The notes beneath the pieces were generated by a model. That model was not told the DNA's origin. It saw only the letters and a program-made list of their open reading frames with translations, and ran no database searches. Source: Candidatus Zambryskiibacteriota bacterium (GTDB taxonomy: Bacteria; Patescibacteriota; Minisyncoccia; Phycocordibacterales; DATDWN01). From it: a stretch of DNA of 60,045 nt. The first letter of the stretch is position 1. Each line of letters opens with the position of its first letter. Shown here in pieces: positions 44,637 through 53,700 of the stretch. The stretch spans positions 1-60,045 of the forward strand of contig SIBV01000002.1 in the NCBI GenBank assembly GCA_009694965.1. Reading direction: 5' to 3'. The position numbers were made by a program, and so were the translations under genes.

Positions 44637-44678
44637 GTCCTTTCGAAGGAAGACTGGGCAATCCAGATTCCACTAAAT

Positions 44679-44707
44679 ATTGTATGTCGCCATAAATTTA
44701 TTGTCAA
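44679..44707 (-). promoter_or_regulatory. sigma70-type promoter TTGACA-N17-TACAAT
   Basis: Minus strand: TTGACA (44702-44707), 17-nt spacer, TACAAT (44679-44684). Confidence 0.55.
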
Positions 44708-44725
44708 GTCAAGTTTTAGCTCTTA

Positions 44726-44845
44726 GCTCTGAAGATTTTTGTTTAAGTTCGAGGCGCAAGTGAGTAATGCGACTAAGGTGTATAGAAATACTCTGCAGGA
44801 GCATACGGAGCACAGCAACGAAGAAATGAGACAAAAAGATCAGAG
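44726..44845 (+). repeat. family-1 structured element, copy j (long outer stem)
   Basis: gctctgaagatttttgt...AAGTTCGAGGCGCAAG...GCAACGAAGAAATGAG acaaaaagatcagag. Confidence 0.65.
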
Positions 44846-44850
44846 ATAAA

Positions 44851-47115
44851 CTATTTTGCTATGGTGACAGCTTGATCAAAAGCTACCGACAAAAGTTTAG
44901 AGCCCCCACCAAGTCCCATCGTTACTCCATAAAGAATTCCAGCTCGCGACATAGTCTCTCGGTTGTGAGTAATTACAATTAATTGAGAATATTTTGAAAG
45001 ATTCTCAATCATATCGGCATATTTCTTTGAATTCGCTTCGTCTAGCGCCGCATCTGTTTCGTCGAGAATAATAAATGGTGGAGGATTCACTTGCGAGATT
45101 GCGAACAAAAGCGCAATAGAAGTAAGTGCTCTTTCTCCACCAGACAGCATCATGAGCCCCTTTATCTTTTTCTTTGGAAGATTTACTTCGATGTCTATAC
45201 CCTCAGTCGTAGCGTCCGCCTCAGCTGTTAAGGAATCAACGTCGGTGTTAGCGAAATCTTCATCATTCATTATTAAATCAACATCTTTTTTCTTTTTTAC
45301 AGGTACAGATACAGACAGATGTGCTTCCCCTCCTCCGAACATCAAAGCAAAGTATTCTTTAAACTGAGTATTTATTTTATCTAATCCAGATTTGAATTCG
45401 GTTGAAAGTCTCACATCCAAATCGGTAATAAGCTCAGTGAGAGAAACAGCAGACTTTTCCAAATCCTTTATTTCCTTTTGTAAAAAAGCATCACGCTCTG
45501 TCGCTTCTGTGTATTCCTTCAGTACATCATCTCCGCCAATCCCTCCTGAATCTTCTAGACGAATCTTTATTTTCTCAATTTTTCTTCGTCGCTCATCTTG
45601 TAAATTTCTAGGCTCAGTAAAATCATATGAGAGTAAATCAAACTGCAAGATGTGAGTTCCCAACATATGTCCAAGCTCTGTAATCTCTCTTTTGAAATCT
45701 TCTTTGAGCAACCTAAGAATCTCTTCCTGGTTTGCAATGTCGTGAAGCTTGGATCGAACTTCTTGTGACTCTGCCATAATACGAAAAACTGCTTTTTCTG
45801 CATCACGGTTTGAGTCTTTTTCTTTTTCAATATTATCTTTGAGTGTATTGTACTGAGACGACAATCTGTTCTCGTTTACTTTTAAGTCATTAAGGGACTT
45901 CTCAATCTTATTTTTAGAATCTTTCAAACTCTCTATATCCTTGCGACTGTCCTCTAAAAGCGACATATCCACCTTGTCTTTATTGTGATCAATAAAGTTT
46001 GTCAGAATTTCTGTTACTTCGTCTAATGTTTGAATTAAAACTTCTATTTTGTCAGATTTCTTGGATTCTATAATTTTATTCTCTATCTCTGCTGCAATCG
46101 ACTCCACTGAAACCAAAGTGACTGTTTTGTGTTCATACGAGTGAGCAACTTCCTCCTGTTTCTTCACCATCTTCACAAGAGACGTTACTTCACCATCGAG
46201 TCTCCCAAGTTCTCGAAATAAATTGTCTTTATCATCTCTAACTTTATGTAAATCATTTTCAAGAGTTATAAGTTCCTCAGATTTAGCATCCTTGTGCTCT
46301 GCATTCTCGAGAATTTTCTTAGCGTGTTCTAATTCATTATTTAATTCTTTCTCTATGTGAATCAAGGGCGTTTTTTCTCGATGAACTTTGTCGGTTATGG
46401 TTTTTATATAGTGATCTTCTCTTTTGCAATATTCCAAAGCTTCTTTGGTAAGCTCATCACGTAGTTCAAGACCCTTTTGCACTTTTTCTACTTGTTTCTT
46501 CAAAAATCGAATGTGCGGAGTGATTTCTCGTCTTAGAGATTCTACCTGAGCAATATTCTCTCGAGTCTTCACTAATTTTTTTTCACTCTCTTGTTTCTTG
46601 TACTGATACATTTTGAGGCCGAGTGCGTCCTCAATCATAGACTTTCTTTCTTTGATCGTCGCATTCAAAATCCTGTCAGCTTCACCCTGAGAAATAATAT
46701 GGTGTCCAGAAGAACCAATATGGGCAGACGCTAGAAGCTCCACAATATCACGGAGGCGAACCTGAGAGCCGTTTATAAGATACTCATTGACTGAGTCACG
46801 ATGAACCACACGCTCAATTGTGACATTTTCATAATCTAGTGGAAGGAACTTCGAACTATTATCAAATGTTACTTTGACTGACGCTCTGTTTCCACGAGGC
46901 ATGTCTCCCGCTCCGTTCCATATAAGATCCTCACCTTTTTTACCTCTCAAAGACTTGATGGATTGTTCTCCCAACACAAATCGAAATGCCTCAGCAACAT
47001 TCGACTTTCCTGAGCCATTCGGTCCAACAATCGCTGAAACTTTTGAGGAAAAATTAAGCTCGCTCTTTTTTGCGAATGATTTAAAGCCTGATAGTTCAAT
47101 AGATTTCAAATACAT
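44851..47115 (-). CDS. smc: SMC-family chromosome segregation ATPase, unusually short (754 aa)
   Basis: N-terminal FKSF...GPNGSGKSN, C-terminal LSGGERALTSIALLFA...ILDETDAALD. Start at ATG 47115 (MYLKSIEL). Confidence 0.85.
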   Translation of the reverse strand: MYLKSIELSGFKSFAKKSELNFSSKVSAIVGPNGSGKSNVAEAFRFVLGEQSIKSLRGKKGEDLIWNGAGDMPRGNRASVKVTFDNSSKFLPLDYENVTIERVVHRDSVNEYLINGSQVRLRDIVELLASAHIGSSGHHIISQGEADRILNATIKERKSMIEDALGLKMYQYKKQESEKKLVKTRENIAQVESLRREITPHIRFLKKQVEKVQKGLELRDELTKEALEYCKREDHYIKTITDKVHREKTPLIHIEKELNNELEHAKKILENAEHKDAKSEELITLENDLHKVRDDKDNLFRELGRLDGEVTSLVKMVKKQEEVAHSYEHKTVTLVSVESIAAEIENKIIESKKSDKIEVLIQTLDEVTEILTNFIDHNKDKVDMSLLEDSRKDIESLKDSKNKIEKSLNDLKVNENRLSSQYNTLKDNIEKEKDSNRDAEKAVFRIMAESQEVRSKLHDIANQEEILRLLKEDFKREITELGHMLGTHILQFDLLSYDFTEPRNLQDERRRKIEKIKIRLEDSGGIGGDDVLKEYTEATERDAFLQKEIKDLEKSAVSLTELITDLDVRLSTEFKSGLDKINTQFKEYFALMFGGGEAHLSVSVPVKKKKDVDLIMNDEDFANTDVDSLTAEADATTEGIDIEVNLPKKKIKGLMMLSGGERALTSIALLFAISQVNPPPFIILDETDAALDEANSKKYADMIENLSKYSQLIVITHNRETMSRAGILYGVTMGLGGGSKLLSVAFDQAVTIAK

Positions 47116-47174
47116 AACTGATTTATTATAACAAATTTTTTGAGTAACAGAAAAAGCACACTCCTTACCTATGT

Positions 47175-47203
47175 TTGACAAATACTCTTAAGGGGTGTAT
47201 AAT
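47175..47203 (+). promoter_or_regulatory. perfect consensus sigma70 promoter TTGACA-N17-TATAAT
   Basis: TTGACA 47175-47180, 17-nt spacer, TATAAT 47198-47203. Drives island H. Confidence 0.65.
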
Positions 47204-47269
47204 TTAATATGGAAGGTTTTGGCTGTGCCAGAACCAATAAAGTGAGCTGTGCTCACAGGAGAGAGTGAC

Positions 47270-47605
47270 ATGCAACAAATCGTAAAGTTCGCAGGAATTA
47301 CTGCTGTTCAGGTAGCTTCCCTTGACGCAATTCTCAAGGAGGACTTCGTCAGTGCTCATGTTAGCAAATTGCGAGTTCGTAGCGTCGGTGATAGCTACAC
47401 TTACGAACTCTCCGTGCACATGGGTGATACCCAAACCGAAGTCCAATATTTCTACTTTCACAGAAGTTCCCGAATTCACACCAGGTTGACTTCTCGAAGT
47501 GTCATGATTGCTATCTACGACGCCCTTCAGGTTTTTCCGGAACAGGCCGTAGATGAATATACCGAGTGGGTCGAGATCCAGAACGCTCCAAGTAACTCGT
47601 ATTAG
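47270..47605 (+). CDS. hypothetical 111-aa protein, GC-rich island H
   Basis: AGGAGA SD 7 nt before ATG 47270. Promoter and terminator present. The antisense ORF 47204-47611 is rejected. Confidence 0.6.
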   Translation: MQQIVKFAGITAVQVASLDAILKEDFVSAHVSKLRVRSVGDSYTYELSVHMGDTQTEVQYFYFHRSSRIHTRLTSRSVMIAIYDALQVFPEQAVDEYTEWVEIQNAPSNSY

Positions 47606-47666
47606 CGGCAAATCTGCTTCTTACTCTTGTTACTGAAGAGAGATCCTCGTCATAAGGTCAATAAAT

Positions 47667-47697
47667 CAGGCGCTGGAGAAATCCGGCGCCTTTTCTT
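47667..47697 (+). terminator. rho-independent terminator of island H
   Basis: aggcgc tggagaaatcc ggcgcc ttttctt. Confidence 0.55.
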
Positions 47698-47761
47698 ATA
47701 TATACTTTACAAAATATTCAATTTCTTGACAGACTTTCAGATTTGATTTATTTGTATTTTT

Positions 47762-47881
47762 GCTCTGAGGATTTTTGGTTTAGTTCAAGGCGGAATGAGA
47801 AAAGGCGAGGAGCCTTACTCGTTGTAAGGTGACGAGGATTTTTGAGATTCCAACGCTGAAATCGGACAAAAAGACCAGAGC
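47762..47881 (+). repeat. family-1 structured element, copy b (most complete)
   Basis: gctctgaggatttttgg TTTAGTTCAAGGCGGAATGAGAAAAGGCGAGGAG-CCTTAC-TCGTT-GTAAGG-TGACGAGGATTTTTGAGATTCCAACGCTGAAATCGG acaaaaagaccagagc. Confidence 0.85.
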
Positions 47882-48570
47882 TACTGCCAACCGCGAGTGA
47901 CGAGAGCTGCACGGGCGGCAAGTTGCTCTGCATCTTGTTTCGATTCCCCTTCTCCAGTTCCAACTAAATCCTTTCCAACATAAACCCCAACTGTAAATTT
48001 CTTTTCGTGATCAGGTCCAGTCTCTTTGATTGTTTTGTATGAAGGCGTAACGCCGTCGAACTCTTGGGCTTTTTCTTGAAACAAACTCTTTGCATCTATA
48101 AAACTTTTTGCAGAAATAATACTTTCAATCATTGGAGTAAAATTCTTTTCAATAAATTCATGTGCTTTTTCTAATCCTTGGTCAATATAAATAGCGCCAA
48201 TCAGAGCTTCCAGTGCATTCGCGAGTATGTATTGTCTAGCTCGTCCCGTATCTTTTGTTTCTCCTTTTGAAAGCATTAGATAATCTCCCATTTCCAAACT
48301 AGTGGCAATTTTTGCACAGGTATCAGCATTTACAAGTGCCGATCTATAAGCTGTAAGCTCTCCCTCAGCCTTGTCAGTGTACTTTTTGTATAGAAAATCA
48401 GTAATAACCAGTTCAAGCACGGCGTCGCCTAAAAACTCCAATCTTTCATTGTGAGAAAGTCCAGACTGCTTGTTCTCGTTTATATATGAACGATGAACAA
48501 AGGCCTGAGTTAAGAGGCTCAAGTCCTTGAAAGTGATGCTTATTTTGTTTTGAAACTCTGTAAAATCCAT
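47881..48570 (-). CDS. rnc: ribonuclease III
   Basis: NERLEFLGDAVL signature and a C-terminal dsRBD. Confidence 0.93.
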   Translation of the reverse strand: MDFTEFQNKISITFKDLSLLTQAFVHRSYINENKQSGLSHNERLEFLGDAVLELVITDFLYKKYTDKAEGELTAYRSALVNADTCAKIATSLEMGDYLMLSKGETKDTGRARQYILANALEALIGAIYIDQGLEKAHEFIEKNFTPMIESIISAKSFIDAKSLFQEKAQEFDGVTPSYKTIKETGPDHEKKFTVGVYVGKDLVGTGEGESKQDAEQLAARAALVTRGWQ

Positions 48571-48640
48571 AAAATCAATATATACGAATATGCGAATTAT
48601 GCAAACCTACGAATGGCAACGAATAAATGCCTTTTGAATT

Positions 48641-49528
48641 TTATTTTTTCAAAAGTATATTAATGGCCTTTGTCACTAAGGGCAGGATATCATTATAAAA
48701 GTTAAGGTCAAGTATATCCGCAAGTTTGAACCACTTTGCATCATCCAAGCCTCCCTTTATTTCTCTTACAATATCTTTGTACTCTGACTCTGCCAAGAAG
48801 AAAACTACATGTTTTTTTATCTTTCCTCTTTCTGGATGATAAGCAATGTACTCGTTCTCTCCAAGCTTTTCCTTGAGTGTAACATCGAGACCCAACTCCT
48901 CTTTTATTCCTCGAACAGTTCCCGCCTCAACTTCTTCACCAGGTTGCATCTTTCCTTTGGACAATGTCCATCGGCCAAACACGTCATGTATCAAGGCTAG
49001 ATAAACTTCATCGCCGTCCTTTGCGTAAACAACAGCTCCCCCAAGGTGTTCAGTTGGCACTGGACCGACTATCTTCTTTTTATCCTTTGTAGTTTCATCC
49101 TTTCCTGGCTCACCCAGTTCTTTGTAAACTGCACCCAATACTCCGTTCACGAACTTACTAGATGTTTCTCCGCCGAAGGCCTTTGATAATTCAATCGCCT
49201 CATTGATAGCTACTTTTGGTGGAACTTGTGTTCTATCAGAAAAAAGAAGTTCGTATAATCCGATTCTCAATATGTTTCTATCGATAATGCTTATCTTATC
49301 TATTGGCCAATCTGGAGCCGCTTTCTCTATAATCAAATCTATATCTTTTTGTTTTTCCAAAACTCCATTCAAGAGAGTTTCCATAAAAGAAAAATCCCCG
49401 TGGCCTGGTGCAAATTCTTCAGCATTACGCCTAAAAATCGCATCAGCCTCGGGGCTTTTCTTAGAACCAAAATCCCACTCAAAAAGGGATTGTAGAACTA
49501 TTGATCTGGAAAGGTGCCTGTTTGCCAT
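48641..49528 (-). CDS. nusB: NusB antitermination factor fused to a C-terminal NUDIX hydrolase domain
   Basis: N-terminus RHLSRSIVLQSLFEWDF...AINEAIELSKAFG (NusB). C-terminus GKMQPGEEVEAGTVRGIKEELGL (NUDIX box). Start at ATG 49528. Confidence 0.85.
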   Translation of the reverse strand: MANRHLSRSIVLQSLFEWDFGSKKSPEADAIFRRNAEEFAPGHGDFSFMETLLNGVLEKQKDIDLIIEKAAPDWPIDKISIIDRNILRIGLYELLFSDRTQVPPKVAINEAIELSKAFGGETSSKFVNGVLGAVYKELGEPGKDETTKDKKKIVGPVPTEHLGGAVVYAKDGDEVYLALIHDVFGRWTLSKGKMQPGEEVEAGTVRGIKEELGLDVTLKEKLGENEYIAYHPERGKIKKHVVFFLAESEYKDIVREIKGGLDDAKWFKLADILDLNFYNDILPLVTKAINILLKK

Positions 49529-49676
49529 AATGGAATGCTTCTCACTTAGTATAACAAACGATAATTTAGTTATCAATGAAAATATAGCTGGAATATCAAC
49601 ACTCCTTAATTTTCAATTTAAAATTTAGAATTTAAAAATTAATTTTAAATTCTAAATTAAAAATTATAAATTGTTA

Positions 49677-49904
49677 TTATCTACCCTCTTTTGTAGCCTG
49701 CTTTGCTTTCTTAGTTTTTTTGGCTAATTTCGCTTGTACATCGATAACCATTCGCCCCTTGTACTGACCCGTAACTAAAGACGCTCTGTGTCGCAAATGC
49801 GGAACAGCAGTTGCCTTGTCCATAGTGATAGCAGGTTTAGCTAAACGATGGTGAGATCGAGTTCTGTTTCGCTGACTCTTTGTATGACGCATTCTTACTA
49901 CCAT
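49677..49904 (-). CDS. rpmF: 50S ribosomal protein L32 (Cys-less type) with Lys-rich tail
   Basis: RHTKSQRNRTRSHHRL and PHLRHRA...GQYKGRMV parallel E. coli L32 (RSKRGMRRSHDAL, KHLRHH...GYYRGRKV) as I recall it. Start at ATG 49904. Confidence 0.8.
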   Translation of the reverse strand: MVVRMRHTKSQRNRTRSHHRLAKPAITMDKATAVPHLRHRASLVTGQYKGRMVIDVQAKLAKKTKKAKQATKEGR

Positions 49905-50027
49905 AGTGAAAAGTAATATACCACTAGTGGTAAAAAAACACAACTATGAAAACTCCAGCTTCCGTTTTCCTCAACTGGCCTTAATTTTCAATTTCTAATT
50001 TTTAATTTTTAAATAATGACCAATGAT

Positions 50028-50621
50028 TTAATTTTTAAATTTTTTACAAAATGTTTTTCTGTGTATATCCGAAAATCCATACTTCTGTACGGCCTGCCTG
50101 TGTTCTAAAGTTCCGTAACCCTTATGCTTCTCTAATCCATATTGAGGGTACTTTTTGGAGAGTTTTACCATAAGGGAGTCCCGAGAAACTTTGGCTAGGA
50201 TTGACGCCCACGCTATTATCCTCTCTTTCTCATCCCCTTTTATGATTGTAGTTTGGTTCTTGAATTCTAATGGAGCTCTGAGTCCCCCATCAAGCAAAAC
50301 TTTGCAATTATTAGGATCTAACTTTAACTTTTCTAATCCTGTATTTATTGCCCTTCTGATTGAAAAAGAAATCCCTTTTTTATCAATAATTTTACTAGAA
50401 ACATGCACCACTACATAGGGTACCCCTATGTAGTTGAGGGTTTCGGCGTATTTTAGACGATCTGAAGCTTTCAGTTTTTTACTATCTTTTCCGAGTGGTG
50501 GTAGTCGCTTATCTTTTTTTAATTTCTTATAAATTTCATAACCGCAGGCAACAATACAAATAGTTACCGGTCCAGCTAGAGGGCCACGACCGACTTCATC
50601 AATCCCTACAATAGTTCTCAT
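50028..50621 (-). CDS. rnhB: ribonuclease HII
   Basis: IVGIDEVGRGPLAGPV and DSKKL motifs. Confidence 0.92.
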   Translation of the reverse strand: MRTIVGIDEVGRGPLAGPVTICIVACGYEIYKKLKKDKRLPPLGKDSKKLKASDRLKYAETLNYIGVPYVVVHVSSKIIDKKGISFSIRRAINTGLEKLKLDPNNCKVLLDGGLRAPLEFKNQTTIIKGDEKERIIAWASILAKVSRDSLMVKLSKKYPQYGLEKHKGYGTLEHRQAVQKYGFSDIHRKTFCKKFKN

Positions 50622-50716
50622 TTAATTATTTTAACATATAAAAAGAGCATTATGTCAATAAAAGAATCTATTTATCCTACATGTTATACTAGAAAAAATA
50701 TGGCCTAAAAATTTAT

Positions 50717-50778
50717 CCCAGTAGCAGAGCAAACCGCAGTACTAGAGTAAACTCAGTACACGGTTCGCTCGCTACGGG
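50717..50778 (+). repeat. H-family hairpin, copy H2 (immediately upstream of dnaE)
   Basis: cccagtagcagagcaaaccgcagtactagagtaaactcagtacacggttcgctcgctacggg. Confidence 0.75.
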
Positions 50779-50792
50779 ACAGGCCCACCAAC

Positions 50793-53700
50793 ATGTCACG
50801 ATTTACACACTTACATACACATAGTCATTACAGCTTACTGAACGCATTACCGAAAATTGATGCGCTGGTGGATATTGCAAAGAAAAACGACATGAAAGCT
50901 TTGGCGCTCACAGATAACTGCAATCTATACGGGGCAATAGAGTTCTACATAAAGTGCTTAAAAAAAGAAATTAAACCTATTATTGGTATAGACTCATATG
51001 TCGCTTACCGCAGTCGCAAAGACAAAGAATCTATAGATAAGGAGAGATACCGACTGGTATTACTCGCAAAAAATGACAAGGGTTACAAAAACTTAATTCA
51101 GCTTGTTACCCTTGCTCACATGGAAGGTTTTTATTACAAACCACGCATCGACAAAGAACTCTTGGAAAAATATAGCGAAGGACTTATCGCCATAGCACCA
51201 TCTTTTTCAAGTGACATTGTGAAGTCACTCCAACTGGAAAACATTGACCAAGCCATGGAACGCCTAGCTTTTTATAAAAAAGTTTTTGGTGAGACTGATG
51301 GAGAGCCCAATTTCTTTTTGGAAGTCACTCATCACCCAGAAATCAAAGGTCACGAAGAGAATATGAAAAAGTTAGTGGATTTCGCCAAGAAAACAAATAC
51401 TCCAATCGTTGCAGCTCATGATGTGTACTACCTTGCAAAGGAGGATCGCATCGCAAGAGAAACAATGATTGCAATCCAATCTCAAAATGATGATAAAATC
51501 GAAGACGGTGAGGACGATTTTTCTTTCATTACACAAAAACAGGCTGAGAAGTATTTTAAAAACCGGCCAGAGGCACTAGAAAATGTGGAGAAGATTGTGG
51601 AGAGATGTAACTTAGAAATTTCTATAGGTAAATGGTCTCTTCCAAACTATATAGTAGAGAGCGGGCTTTCATACGACGACGAACTGCGGAGGATTACCGA
51701 GGAAGGCATTGCAAAAAGAAGCCTTACAAAAACTCCAGAAATATCTGAAAGAATAGAGTATGAACTAAAAATTATTAAAGACAAAGGTTATGCTCCATAT
51801 TTCCTTGTAGTGTGGGACCTTCTAAACTACGCACATCAGCATGGAATTCTAACAACCATCAGAGGATCTGTTGCTGGTTCCCTCGTTACTTATCTTTCAA
51901 ACATTACGAACGTAAACCCGATTGAATACCTTTTGCCGTTCGAGAGATTCCTAAACCCAGAGAGACCATCCGCACCTGATATCGATATGGACTTTGCTGA
52001 CAACAGACGTGACGAGATGATTGAGTATACAAAAGAAAAGTATGGGAGAGATAAAGTGGCACAGATTGGAACCTTTGGAACTATGGCTGCTCGTGGCGCT
52101 GTGCGAGATGTAACTCGGGCTCTAGGTTTCCCGTATGGAGTTGGAGACACGATTGCAAAACTAATCCCTATGGGAGCTCAGGGTTTTCCTATGACTCTTG
52201 AACGTGCGCTGAAAGAAGAGCCTGAACTCAAGAAAATGTACGATGCTGAGCCCGACGTCAAAAAAATAATTGATATGGCAAAGAAAATCGAAGGTTGTAC
52301 TCGCCACATCTCTGTGCATGCAGCAGGAGTTGTTATCGCTCCAACTCCACTCATAAACTATGTTCCACTACAATTTGATACAAAAGGCGATAACAAGATT
52401 ATTACCCAGTACGACATGAATGACGTGGGGGAAGATGGAGTTGGACTCCTTAAGTTTGATTTTCTTGGGATACGAAACCTATCCATCCTTGCTGATGCAG
52501 TGAAACTGACAGAAAAGTTGGAAGGGATAAAAATTGATATTGAAAACATTCCTGTGGATGATAAAAAAACTTTTGAGATGCTCGCCCGTGGTGAAACTGA
52601 AGGATTGTTCCAGTTGAACGGTGACGGTATGACTCGTGCGCTTAAAGAACTTAAACCAACTGTAATTCACGACATAAACGTGATGGTGGCTCTCTACCGT
52701 CCCGGACCGATGGATAACATTCAGGAATATATTGCGAGAAAACATGGCAAGAAACCTGTGACTTACCTTCATCCAAAAATGAAAAGTTTCCTTGATAAAA
52801 CTTATGGCGTGCTTGTTTACCAAGACGACCTTCTTTACACTGCTATCGAAGTTGCTGGTTACAACTGGGGAGAAGTGGATAAGTTCCGAAAGGCGGTTGG
52901 AAAGAAAATTCGTGAGGAGATGGCAAAGCAACATATCAGGTTCGTAGATGGCTGTCAGTCGCACGGAGGAATGACAAAACAAAAAGCTGAGGAGTTGTGG
53001 AAACTTTTTGAACCTTTCCAGGGATACGGATTCAACAAAGCACATGCTGCGAGTTATGGAAAAGTGGCGTATCAAACTGCATATATGAAGGCGAACTTTC
53101 CTGCTATATATATGTCTGCGGTTTTGACTGCGGAGTCCGGTGACACAGACACAATCGCCCAAATAATTGCTGAGTGTAAGAGAATGAACATTCCTGTGTT
53201 ACCTCCAGATGTGAATGGGTCATTTGAAGGCTTCACTGTAGTTAAATCAAATAACGAGGTACGAAGTACGAGTGACGAAAAAAATCCTTCGAACATCGTG
53301 CATCGTGCATTAAACCTCGATTCTATTAGATTTGGACTAACCACAATCAAAAACTTTGGTGAAGGAGTGGGAACTTCCATTATTAATGAGAGAAAGAAAA
53401 ATGGACCATTCAAGTCCCTCACGGATTTCCTAAAAAGGATTAAGGATAAGAATTTAAACAAGAAATCTATGGAGTCACTTATTAAAACTGGAGCTATGGA
53501 TGCATTCGGTGACAGAAATTTGTTGTTACAAAACCTTGAACACATCCTCGCCTTCAACAAAGAAGAAAGGAGTAAAGGAAGTGATCAGGATTCCCTTTTC
53601 GGAGCAAGTCTCAATGTTCAAGCAAACGATATAAAACTCGAGCCAGCACCTGCGGCTTCACAGGCCGATAAGTTGATGTGGGAAAAAGAACTTCTAGGAT

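Noticed and set aside
47204-47611. A 135-aa minus-strand ORF antisense to the island H gene.
   Set aside because: The promoter (TTGACA-N17-TATAAT), SD and terminator all support the plus-strand ORF. The minus ORF has none of these.
47748-47963. Three minus-strand ORFs (8707-8925, 47748-47963, 57495-57698) share a conserved peptide (N-x-RHLTTSKA-x-R/H-I/L-F-S/N-F).
   Set aside because: The similarity comes from translating the antisense strand of the family-1 nucleotide repeat. The ORFs overlap the ends of typA, rnc and gyrB, and they lack start context.
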